From: Setoptus koraiensis
Taxonomy: Eukaryota; Animalia; Arthropoda
DNA: 64,000 nucleotides
Reading direction: 5' to 3'
NCBI GenBank assembly: GCA_048013815.1
Contig: CM106586.1
Span: 5,828,001-5,892,000, forward strand
Shown: positions 11,756-23,279 of the stretch, piece after piece
How positions within the stretch are numbered: the first letter of the stretch is position 1
Layout: the number at the start of each line of letters is the position of its first letter
The notes under the pieces: generated by a model
Told to the model about the DNA's origin: nothing
Database searches by the model: none
What the model saw: the letters and a program-made list of their open reading frames with translations, nothing else
Position numbers and translations under genes: made by a program

Positions 11756-14700
11756 TCACAAGGGTGAAACACCAAGTCCGCGCCTTTTTATACTCTCTAT
11801 AATACCAAGAGTGTTCCTATACATACTGGGAGTGCAGTGCTTCCTCATCAATCGATCGAAAGAGTTGTGATTCATTAGCACAGAAAATATCTTTCTTCCA
11901 TAGAATCTTGTATGAGGCGAGCTGTCCATGGCGAATCTGGCCGCAGCAGGAATCAATTGATCACTGATGTCCTTCGAGCCAACCATGCATTTTGTAGGGC
12001 CCATTTTCTCCACTAGCAATGAAATGAATTGGCTCGCCATCTGTCTAATATGCAAGTTCTTATGAAACGATCCATGGTGTATCAATGATAAAGCCAATCT
12101 CCATGATGTGAGCTCCTCCACCATACACACAAAAGCCTTTCTAATGTCTTCTCGTATAAATGAGGTATTCTCTACTGATTTGGCCAACAACGCTTGAACG
12201 ATTGTATCCATCTCGGGCTCAACCTGTCTTTTCAATTTGACGCAGTAGTCTCCGAGGGCAAATATGGCCGATCTAGCCACTGTTGACCTGAGATTCTTTG
12301 TTTCGTTGGCAGTGCGACAAATGACGTCATGCAAATTCTTCACTATTAAAGGTTGATGAAATGTGGCCAACCTAATTAGAGCAAGCATTCCTTCCACCTT
12401 GGTTGACCAAACAGGTGCCTCGATGGCATTCATTGCAACTTTAAATGCGATACTTGGTTCCTGAAAGGGGCCTTCTGTCTGAGCCACGTTCTCCAGTATG
12501 TGACGAATGTTAACACTGGCTGCTATCGATGATGACGCAGCCACCATATGGGGCCCGTTATCATCACGTGTCAACTGATTGTCTTTGAGTGATTGACGAG
12601 AATGGTTCCTTTCTAGTGGGGGAGGCTGACTTTTGGATGCCTTCCGTCTAATACCACTGTCGTTATGCACTGATGATTGTCTACGGCTGTGCCTAGAATC
12701 TCTTCTTTTTGAATCGTGATCTTGCTGCCGAAGTCCTCCAGAAGTTTGAGTGCCGTGCTCAATATATTCTTTCAAATCCTGACTGTGTTCATCACTATTG
12801 TCCTGATCCTGCTCTCGACCTAACTCCAACTCGTTTCTGATCAATTTTGCCGAGGATTGCGAAGATATGGAATCATTCTCATTCATCGAGTCTCCCTTTT
12901 CTATCAGTTTGTTTGTTACATCTTGATCTACTGATGCTGAACTGGGCTTTTCTTCTGGTACATTATATTCACTACCAACAGAATCTGCTTGATCAGATTC
13001 AGAATTCTCTTTTTTTGAATTAGCATTTAGCATAGAGGAAGCATGCATATCGTCAGATTTATTTTCTCCATCTGCTTGAGAATCATTCTTCTCTTTCATT
13101 TTCTCGTCGGAGTCGCCAAGATTATCATCTTCATCTGGTTGATCGGCCGAACTACCTGGTCGTTCTTTTATGTTAAGGTCTGATTCTTCTAGGTCGTGCT
13201 GTTGTCGCTCACCATGCAATCTCGCTTTAGCCTTGGAATTTCTCCTAGGCATATTGGGAAGTTGATCCGCGTCGTTACTTCCTTCATCTATGTTCGACTT
13301 CGTTGCAGATTTTTCAGCAAGGGGATTTTTAATGTTTTGTGTGGTCATCTGATCTAATTGGGGCTGCTGAATGGTGTTACTCTTCATTGACTGCCGCCTC
13401 CTTTGTCCGTAATTAGAATCTCTAGTATTTTTTAGAGCGTTTCTTTCTGTGTCATCATCGACATTTTCGTTTGTTGTGTTTGGATTAGAAACAACGCTTG
13501 GTTTGCGGCTAGAGAGTTGATTTATCGATCCTGATCTACTTGATATTCCACGTGTTTTTTGCTCTTTACGTGTCTCTTTTTCTACAGAATTCTTCTTTTC
13601 CATAACGGATATGGGCGTAGTAGAGCGAGACGATGAAGCCGTCGATCCTTTCTCTGTGCTTTCCTCTTTGCGAGTGTTCAGTTTATGTCTGACATCTGAA
13701 GATGGACGATCTTTATGTTGCCATGAGTGACAGAGTGTAGGTATTGTACCAACTAAAGTATGGATGAAAAAGAAATCAACATTATGTCATCAATTCATTT
13801 GTACAAATATGCAAATGGACTATTGTGTCTTCGAGATCAGTATTCATTTGTCTGCGTACCTTCTTCGTCGTTGTCGTAATCAAATGAGGTCTGTTGAAAT
13901 GTAGAGGCTAATTCGGTAGTTTCATTGAATATTATTGGAGAATCCGTGTATATAATAGAATCCGATGGCAGTGTCACTGATACCAAGTAACAACAATATC
14001 ATTAGTAAAGCAGGACGGAAAAGCTTTCATAATGACTAGGATCTAAAATTTGGACCACTTAGAAATGCATGATTTTTTATCGCCGACATAAGCCATCGCC
14101 TAGCAACCATAACTTTTGTTACGGTCCAACGTGCACATAGCGCGTGTCGCTCCGGAGTTTATAGCTATCGCAGGAAACACATATACATATGTCACTCATA
14201 TCAAGTGGTTGTTACAGCGAAAAAGGTATAGACTTACCTGAATTTATTTGTTGATACGTATCCTCAACAAGGCTCTGTTTGAATTTTTGTAAATAATATC
14301 TGAAGAGCTCTTTGCCTGAAAATAGTGTATATATCGTTAATGAATTGTCCATGAATAAACCTTGTGCGTATTATTTCGACTGTCATCTACTTACTCGTGC
14401 TCACAGAACTTGTGCTACCCTGAGAATTGCTTCGATTGGATTGCTTGATGTAGAATGGGTAGCTTGTTTGGTGTTCTGAATTTACATTGTTATTTTGAGT
14501 TGAATCTTCTCTCTTTTCTTTGTTCTCGGCATCAGATGTATCATTAACTGCCGGAACTGATTCGGGACTAGTTATTGAACTGTCGTTCACCTGCTATATT
14601 CCAATAGGTTATTGAAATGAATGTAGAATCAGTTTTAAAATGTAGTTACGATGGCTGATGATGTTGATAGAAAAGATGATTGTTATTTAGAAGGGTACTT

Positions 14701-17653
14701 ACTTCCGACAAAAGATTGGGGTCGGATCTTCGATGAAAATTCTTCTTCATACCATTGATACTAGTCTCCAGGCGATCTTCATAAGGATCTTCATAATGCA
14801 TGGGAAGAGATAAAGTGTTAGAAGTGACTATTCTCTAGTTCAACCGAGGTATTTATACTCGTGATGTTGGCATACTGACCTCCTTTGCTAGTTTGGCAAC
14901 TTGTTTCATGACACATTTCACTTGCACTCGGAGAAGGCCTTCATGAGAAATTGTAAGGATTTTGAAAATAAATTAGATGATTTTTATTGTTGAAACGTAT
15001 TATTTGAATTTTGTAACTACAAAGCTCTACACTTACCTCAGATGTAAAACGTTCGAGTGAGCATATTTAGATTGGTACGAGGGAGCTTGAAGGATCCAGT
15101 TTACATCTGCGTTTTCACGATTGCGACAAGAGCCGGTAGCCGTCAAAAGGGGCTTGATCACATAGCGAATGGATCCATCAGGGTCACATCTTGGTAAAGC
15201 TCTCCTACAAAGTCTGGCCTGAAAGTTAGAACAAAGACCGATTCAGGAATCTCGTGTCATTTAACAGATGACTCTTTTGGGAAGATCTTTATCATGAAAG
15301 TATTTTTCATGCCAATACTTACATGAATAGCGTCCAGAAGTCCATCGTAATCACATCCTGTTTGTACGGCTTCTGCAGCAGTCAACAAGCTTCCGATTCT
15401 CTCTGGCCCTAGTGCATACGCTAGAACTGCTAGACATTCCAAAGCAGCCAGCCTAACATTGCGATGCTGATCAGCAAGCATCGGTATCACATGATAGCAC
15501 AATTTGGTCAAATTGAATTCATTTTTATCAAAAATCAGCACAGCCGCAGTGATGCGATTTATAGATTCTTCACGAATGTTGGCACTTTTGCTGTGTTTGT
15601 GCTCGAACATAGCGTCAATAACTTGTTGTGGTGGTAGAAAAGTCATGATCTTGTGAAAAACTCTTATGGTATTCTCACGGAATATCGCTCGCTGATCTCC
15701 CAAACCCTTAATCAGCAAATTAACCATGGGTCTTATGTAAGCCATTGTCGACACTTTAGTTTTCACAACAATGGTCTCTATCATATCTATCGCTATAAGT
15801 TCTACGTGGTAGTCACCATAGTTAATGAGTCGCGCCAAGAATTGATCCAAAAATGAATCAAAATAAGTCATCAGAATAGCTAAATGATTTATGGGTGACT
15901 CACGCATGATGATCATCATCTGTTGAAGAGACTCTAATTTATCTGGATACTTATTGCTGAGGGCGGTGAGAATCAGATTTCTTGGGAATATTCCAAATTT
16001 CAATTCATTAGAGGGTGGGTCTGCTACGTTAATCGGTCGGTTTGAGATCGCCCGATCATAGAACTGAAGAGGGATAGTTGGATTTATCGAAGGGCTAATA
16101 TTCATGTATCTAGCGGGGTCTACTAGGAGAGCTGATTGCGATGACAAGGCGGAAGTTTCCGAGGCTATAGATGATATCGAGGATTGAGGAGAGACACAAG
16201 TAGGTTGCTTGCTGCTAGACTCAGGTTGTTGTTGGTCCTCATTGTTGCTAGATGTAGTTTCGGCAAGTTGTGGTCCTACAGTGAACTTGGAATTGCTCTC
16301 AGTCGTTGAGTGGCGCCTCTGTACATCTTCGATTTCGGAATTTGTGGGTGTCGTCTCATTGCCTCTCCTGTCGAATGTAACATTCTTATGGTATTGGTTA
16401 GTTTGTACAGCTGAAGTAGATAGATTTTTGTTGTTTTGTGATGTGCTCAACGTTGCTCCTCTGGTTTCCTTTTCCAAATTACAATCACCATGACTGACCT
16501 GCTTTATGCTGGAGCGACGAGTTGGTGAGGCACAGTTGGCCACAGTCTCGTCGGGGTGCCTGATTTTCAGATCACTGTCGCGTTGTATAGAGATACGTTT
16601 CGTCGTATGCTCGGATACTTCGGAAGATTCCTTAGCATTTTGGTGAGCCAACAACAAGCTTCCCTTGCGATGGTTGCCCGATGCCGACTGACCTGTTGTA
16701 GTTGTTGGATTATTGATCTCAATGACGCTTGAAACTGAATTACTTCTGCTAGCGGCTTGATTGTAGAGAATAGTCGCCTCTGGATGACAATTTTTCATAT
16801 AGAATTTAAATTTTTTATCGCCAATTATATTGTGTAATCGTTGCATGGCTAAAAATAAGGGAAAAAATAGATGTGTGTCCGAATTGACTAGCAAGTCGCT
16901 CAAGCAGCCCATTAGAGGCATGAGATCTTGATTGTGAACGACTTTATCTGTTAGTAAAAGAGGCAGGCTAAGAATGCAACCCTTTTGAGCATTTAGATTG
17001 TGGTGATTAGAGAAGCCAAACTGTATGAGTAACTTAAGTGTGTGCTGAAAATGATTTGGATGTTCCACTATATACATATTCAATAACAATAGTGTCGATC
17101 TTCTAACATCGCTTTGTTTGTGACCTAAATTGGGTATTATATGTGAGAACATTTGCGTAATAGTTGTTGGTTCAATGTCAAATTGTAGCCTGGGTATGGC
17201 ATCTATAAGCAATAATGTACAATCGTTTACAACACGCCAATTGACATCTTGCAATATTTTGTCTATTGTCTCAAAGAATTCCAATTGGCTTAACCAGGCT
17301 AAATGATAATCGACTTCCTTCAATGATTTCCTCAGCAATCTCAATGTGTCCAATCTGTCGTGTCCATTTTGTTCCATAACCTGGCGCAACAACGTCTGTA
17401 TTTTGGTCTGATTGGCTCTGGCAAGCGCAAAGGCGCAAGTGTTTGGCGACGGTGCATAATCAATGGATATGTCACTGAAGCTACTGTAGCTTCTATTGAT
17501 TTCACTATCTTGATTGGTTGCGTTGTTTGTGGGGCTCATTGTTCTGCTTGCTTGCGATTCGCATTCTGTTGTCGAATCAACAACAACAAAATTGTTGTTA
17601 TTCATGCTGTTCAATTGTTTTGCGGTCGCCATTTTGTCGTATGCAGCATTCAA
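11756..17653 (-). CDS. TOGARAM1: TOG-array regulator of axonemal microtubules (TOGARAM/FAM179/Crescerin); multi-exon
   Basis: HEAT/TOG repeats in exon 15323-17653 (HKHSKSANIREESINRITAAVL, DQHRNVRLAALECLAVLA), exon 15037-15218 (ARLCRRALPR..DADVNWIL), and a C-terminal TOG in 11756-13603 (ETKNLRSTVARSAI, DSSPHTRFYGRKI). Internal small exons and the true 3' end are not fully resolved. Confidence 0.85.
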
Positions 17654-19030
17654 TTGACTGCTCGATGGTGCACCGACGGCTCGACGTATCGCATCATCGC
17701 ACTAATTGTTGTATATTGTCAATTTTACATGAGATCCAATTTTTGTTCTATTGATTTGTGTGAATGCGCAAACTAACTAAAGTTTACTTTGTGTTCGAGT
17801 GGGCAAAATAGAATTTTTTCGCCCCTTGGTGTCGTCTATTGTCGAACTATATGTGTGATCTAGCTACTGCTGCTGCTGCTAAGCACAATTTGCATGCGTT
17901 CCACTATGATGCTTGTTAGGTGTATGATAGCTGTATAATGGGCGCGCTTATGTGTGGCCGCACTGCGATGGAATTTACTTTGCGTGCTGCGTCACACTGC
18001 ACGTAATGCCAGTTTGTGGTTCACTTTCGCCTGGTAACGCTCTCAATCAAAATGGCCGTCTCTTGGCTAGGACGAATCACGCGCACAATGAGACACGAGG
18101 ATGAATAAAATCACATGCATGATGCATCACACACACTCTGCGCCCAACCATGGGCCACGTTGCATGGGCTCAATTTATAGGCTCAATATACTTGTTACTC
18201 GTGGGCATTGATTGCAGCACACCATTCTATCGACAATAAACTATTAGTTAGTGATGTGAAACAGTTCGATTTGACAAATTTGCGAGTTAACTCAATCAAC
18301 AATAATGTAACAATCATGGTAGACACACTGAAATTGATTTGTTATCACTCGGCGATTATGACCAACACTGAAACTTAAAATGAGACAATTGTCTGGCACT
18401 CAGTTGTCTAGTGTTGTTCTGGCCAGTAACCAAAACTAACTAGAACCCAAACGAGCGCGCAAATTATATAGAGCATGGCCGTTTGCTATTGCACGCCGTT
18501 TGTATATCTGCGGCTGAATTGAGCATTGGCAGTAAGGTAGTTATCGTGAGACAGTTATAGTAATTAGTTGTTAACTAAACAAAATAATGCGGCGCATGTG
18601 GCATGCCATAGGTTACAACTGCGCCTTTTACAGGTGTATGCATTGCTCAGCAATAAGATGAACACATACAGACGCAATGACCACTTCCTGGTTGCAAAAT
18701 GGCCGAGCTTGCAATCTCTCTTTCGCACGAATGTGCCAGGCTGACTGGCTGAAATTTAAGAGCGAATTAGATTAGTTTTGCCCCCCTCCCCCTCTGCCCT
18801 AGCCCCCTGTTTGACCCAAAAAACTTCTGTTTGCTGCAGCTACCATATACCTATATGAACTTGCTGAGAGATGAGCATCATTTATTTATCTCTCGCATCT
18901 GTGTGCCCGTACGTTTGCATGGGCAGTTAATTTGAGATCAAAGTCCTTTGCACGCCCGACAAACAAAGAATGTACTCTATTACAAAAAAATAAACTCCCT
19001 TGTGTCCGTTCGCCCCCAGCCCCTCAGAGT

Positions 19031-19180
19031 CCGCCCGCCCCCGTCAGCCTACTCCCACACAGCCAATAGAAATTCGTCAAATAGATCGAGCTCAGGCCAA
19101 GTGGTCAGCAGAAAATCAACTTAGGTAAGCCAACTTAACATGCAGTTAGAGAGAGAGTAAGAGAGAGGTGGGGCTATAAA
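19031..19180 (+). promoter_or_regulatory. Promoter-like cluster: GC box, CCAAT, GA repeats, TATAAA
   Basis: ccgcccgccccc at 19031, agccaat at 19061, (GA)n at 19148-19167, TATAAA at 19175-19180. The same GA-repeat+TATA layout precedes the aspartic protease at 28169-28192. Confidence 0.55.
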
Positions 19181-19200
19181 CCCAGCAAAAAAGAGGACAA

Positions 19201-19476
19201 GGTGCCAAGAGGCACTCCTAACCCCTGCTTGCACTATAGCTTATTGCTTGCGAACAATCTACATTACACTGTGTACAATTGTTTCGAGGTGAGCCCGTTA
19301 GTTTCGTTCACTGGCCCCGAGCTTGTCCAGCATAAGGCTTCAGCTGCTGCTCTAGGTTAGCGTAACACCTAGAGAGTTTACATAAAACGCTCGGTATCCT
19401 AGGCAACCGCGGGGTGATTGAATCGTGATATAAATTTCCATGGCCAACTAACGGAGCTCGCTCACAAACGGTTTTT
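19201..19476 (+). ncRNA. Candidate structured non-coding RNA (telomerase-RNA-like 5' architecture; identity unproven)
   Basis: No ORF; starts ~26 nt after the TATA. 5' hairpin gtgcc-aaga-ggcac, then CCTAACCC. Long imperfect stem 19277-19303/19446-19473 with nested ccgagc/gctcgg and ctctagg/cctagag helices. First run of four or more T is at 19472-19476. Confidence 0.4.
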
Positions 19477-20392
19477 GTGCTAGTTTGGGCTTGTCGCGCT
19501 CCACTGTGTTTCTAGACTGTAACTGCGCTGTCTAGATTAACCCACTTCTTAATTATATCCTAAATACTATCGGGTAGTTATGTAAATGGATGAGAGTGGT
19601 CGGAGCTAAGCTACACTATCACTGATACTGTTTCCACTACTAAAAGTTTGCACAGTACGCTCACACTGCTTATCAGACACCTCGGGCCTCATATTACACA
19701 TTTGCTTAATGGAATGGTGTGAATCGAGAACACTACATATACTGTTGTCCTCAGTATACTGCTGCACATGAGAAAGCAATGAGCAGCGTTCAGGCCTCGG
19801 AGGCCCTTAAACAGCGGCTAACCAAACCGACAAATGACATCGTTAGCCAATAATTCATTTAATAAGAATTCTTTTTATTCGAAATGCTCGCAACTTGTCA
19901 GTCATAAGACAAATCACGGTTATCTAAGATAATCAATAGGTAATGACGGCAATATTGGTAAAATACATCTATAGTATCTTCACTTATCGGTCGATTAGTT
20001 CGAGCACAGATAAAATTATTAGTAGTATTCTATTGAATGGAGAGTCTTGAATGTAAAAAAAGGCGATATGGTTCGCATAATGATATAACATAATATATAT
20101 GTTGTGGCCAAAATCTCGCTTATTTTTTCGCCGACATTCTGTTGATATGAAGAGATGAGGAAAAACAATCGAACCTAAATTTCAGAGGCAGAGATTCGTG
20201 GACATATATCGTGCGGTAATTATCACCAGCAGATACAATATATCCTGTTGACATCTGATCATCTAAATGATACTAGACAAATTCAAATTGACGAATCGCA
20301 TGTCATACAACACTAACCGCGAATATAATAAGATAGATTCTTAAATGCAAGGTTGACAAGGTTGACAATAGTATTAGAAACAAAATAAACCT

Positions 20393-22161
20393 TCAACAAG
20401 TTCGTAGCTCTTCTTTATTGCTTTGATATATTTTTTTCAATTCGGCCATCTTCAAATTGTAAATCATGTTATTCTCTTTGAGGTATTTGAGCCTTTTCAT
20501 ATTGTCCTTAGTATCTATATGCTTGATTCCTGGAGCATGTACCAAAAAAGCATTATCTAGCACCAAAAGATAATAGCCTTGCAAACACATTTCATACATC
20601 TGAATGAGAAAAAAAAAATCTTCTGGTCAGATTAGTTGGAAATAGTACTGAGTATTGTTGATTTCAATCATATAGATTCACATCGATAGCTCACCTGTCC
20701 CATTTTATCTCGACGACCTTCCCATGTCAATCTGTCGTCGTAGAGCGGTTCATCATTCTTGCCAATGTAAATGGGCTCCCAAAAAGGATGAGAGCTATTA
20801 CGTTTGGTCACATCGAAAATAGTAAGTTGTAAGTCGTGATCATATCGACCAGTATCATGGATATCGACATCGATCCATTCGAGTCGCCTAGGGAATTCTT
20901 GACATTGGTCGCAAACAAATTTATGAAAGAATATCGCTTTGCCTTGCAACATTAACTCGTGTAGTTCTAGTTTAGTTTTGGGCGCTTTAACATCATCTTG
21001 AACCTCAAATATAGGTAGCGTGAAAACATGTCTCTCATGATTAGTTATCTCAGGTAGCAACGAGGGTGATTCAATTGATTTTTGGATGAGATTCATGAAA
21101 GATGAAACCATATGTATACTAGGATATAGCTCAATATCAGAAGCGAGGATAAATTTTGTTTTGGCTAATACTCTTGCAGTGTTTCGTAGTACATTGATAG
21201 GGTAAGGCAACTTGTTTAGTTTTCTGTAATCGTTTGATAGTAACGCAGCCATTTTTATCACGTTACTGATATCATCCTCGCCTTCATCATGGCTGCTCGT
21301 GGCGGTTTTTTGAAGCCTATGATCTTTTGGGCAATAAGTTTGCATTTTTTCGGCGCTGAATATATCTGACCTGACATAATAACCCGGATAATTGACTTGA
21401 GATAGCTTGGGACCTTGCGTAAGATCGTAAACCAAATGCCAAGTGACTTTCTGTTGGATACAATCAGCCATTGAATGGCAATTTCTGAGATATTTAATCA
21501 TCGTAAGGCTGGCCGCAAGATCGTCGCCCGGCGCATAAACGGCCACTGATATGGGCCCATCCCACCGACGACAAAGCTCTATGGTATGATACATGAATTC
21601 CAATGTTGCTTGAGTAGTTAGTGTAACAGTTGAATTAAATTTGAAAGACTTGGTTGCTCTGACATAATTGCCCAGAACTGCATGTTTATGTCTAATATCT
21701 GTGACCCACCAGATTGGCTCCTCTCTTGTGGCCTCATCAAAAAGTAGATCGTCATCTTGTTGTTCATGCTGATGCCCTTCAATGTGGTTGTGGTGATAAA
21801 TATGATGATATTGAATGTTTGGCTCTCGGAGGTAGAGAGAAGATGCCTGGTCCCTGAAAACACCATCATCACTATTGAAGTTCACTATTACGGGTCGTTG
21901 TTGAGATATAATCTGTAAAGTTACTATAATTGTAATAAATAAGGCAATCAATGTGAACAGGAGTTTCAGGTGCCGCGATTCAAACCTTCTGATCTGTCCG
22001 TGATTCAAGTGATTATTGGCTATACCAAGAGGCTTGTAGGCCACTGAATCCATTGTGCGTCGGAGAATTTCGGTTTCGCATATATTTACTACCGGTATAT
22101 TCACTAAATGTGTAGACCTTGATAAGACATATGAATTTAAGTATTTATATACACCTGACAA
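20393..22161 (-). CDS. B4GAT1: Beta-1,4-glucuronyltransferase (B4GAT1/B3GNT1, GT49 family); intron 20600-20694
   Basis: Type II TM anchor (LLFTLIALFITIIVTLQII), VTLTTQAT, RWDGPISVAVY, YPINVLRNTAR, FILASDIELYPS, WEPIYIG..EPLYDDRLTWEGRRDKMGQ|MYEMC, LDNAFLVHAPGIK. True start may be the later Met (MDSVAY). Confidence 0.88.
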
Positions 22162-23279
22162 GAGTATTTTATGTTGTCTGTGATTGAAATGATGCTAATC
22201 AATAATAAAATATTTTCGTGTATTATAGTTAGTGTGTATGTTGTATTCAGGAAAACAAGTTCTAATAAGTATTGATGACATCTTGCCGTAGAATATTTTT
22301 GATGTTTTTTGAAGCACTGCTCGCGTACAAAAATAATAATATTGAAGAACTGGGTTGAATCAAAAAAGAAAACAGTTGTTCTCCGTTGTCGGATTCCATT
22401 TTCACCATTTCACATCCAGCGTTCTCTCATGTTCTGTGTTCTCTCATCGAATCATTGAACAAGTGATTCAAATAAAAAGCTGGAGAGTTGGCAAGTCGAG
22501 TTGGCCAATCATTCCATGACTGAGATTCCATGTTTTGCAAACCTAGTGTAATGTACTAGTATAATGAATACAAATAGTATATGTATAATTGTTGATGTTG
22601 TGTTTGACTTCTAGATTGGCTACCTCTTGTGATGCCTACCAGTATTCACTACTGCTGGTATTTGATGCCGGATCAACTTCTACTTCTATCCCATCCTGGC
22701 TACACCCACCGACACAGATGAGTTGAATATAAAAATTAGAGAGTGGGATTCAGAGAGAAGAACTTGTGCAAATCATTCTGTATAGGAATAAGCAGTGAGA
22801 ACAGTTCTTTATTCTTTGACCACGCTATCATATGTTCCCTGGAACAAACTGTGCGTTTCAAATTTCCTTCCACTCATCACCTGTTCTTGATCCGGTAGCT
22901 ACAGTAAAGTGCATCCAGGACTTATTAGAAAAAAAAACAATTAAAAGAGAAATGTACAAGTGTCGAGAAAACATCTATCGAAGTTATCCAGCCAAAATCA
23001 CCGAATGCTCTCTGTTGGTTCATGATGGATGCAGTTGATCTATTGATCGAGGTTGCATTGCGATAACTAAAGTCGAGGTAAGAGAGAGTCAATTCGAGAT
23101 AATGGTTGATGAACGATCGCATAATGACTTGAACAACTTGACTAATGCATTTCCTATTCAAGATAACAATTGCAACTTTATTAAATAATAACGAACCTCA
23201 AGTAAACCCAAACTCAAGTAAAAAGTTATCTCACGATGATGGGTCGAATCGAAGAAAAATAGATAATTCGTCAATGTCG

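Noticed and set aside
19353-19360. Minus-strand CTAACCTA as an alternative TTAGG template
   Set aside because: It lies inside a hairpin stem and has no promoter on that strand; a template should be single-stranded.
19201-19500. Identity as RNase P/MRP, SRP, 7SK, U3 or a spliceosomal snRNA
   Set aside because: No GAAAGUC/GGAAGGUC CR-I, no SRP helix-8 CAGG-GNRA-AGCA motif or UGUNR, no 7SK GAUC pair, no U3 boxes, and no canonical AU-run Sm site on either strand.
22832-23187. ORF continuing through a single TGA after DGCS (possible selenoprotein)
   Set aside because: No similarity to known selenoprotein families, no SECIS noticed, and the frame is the exact antisense of another short ORF in TCF25 downstream sequence.
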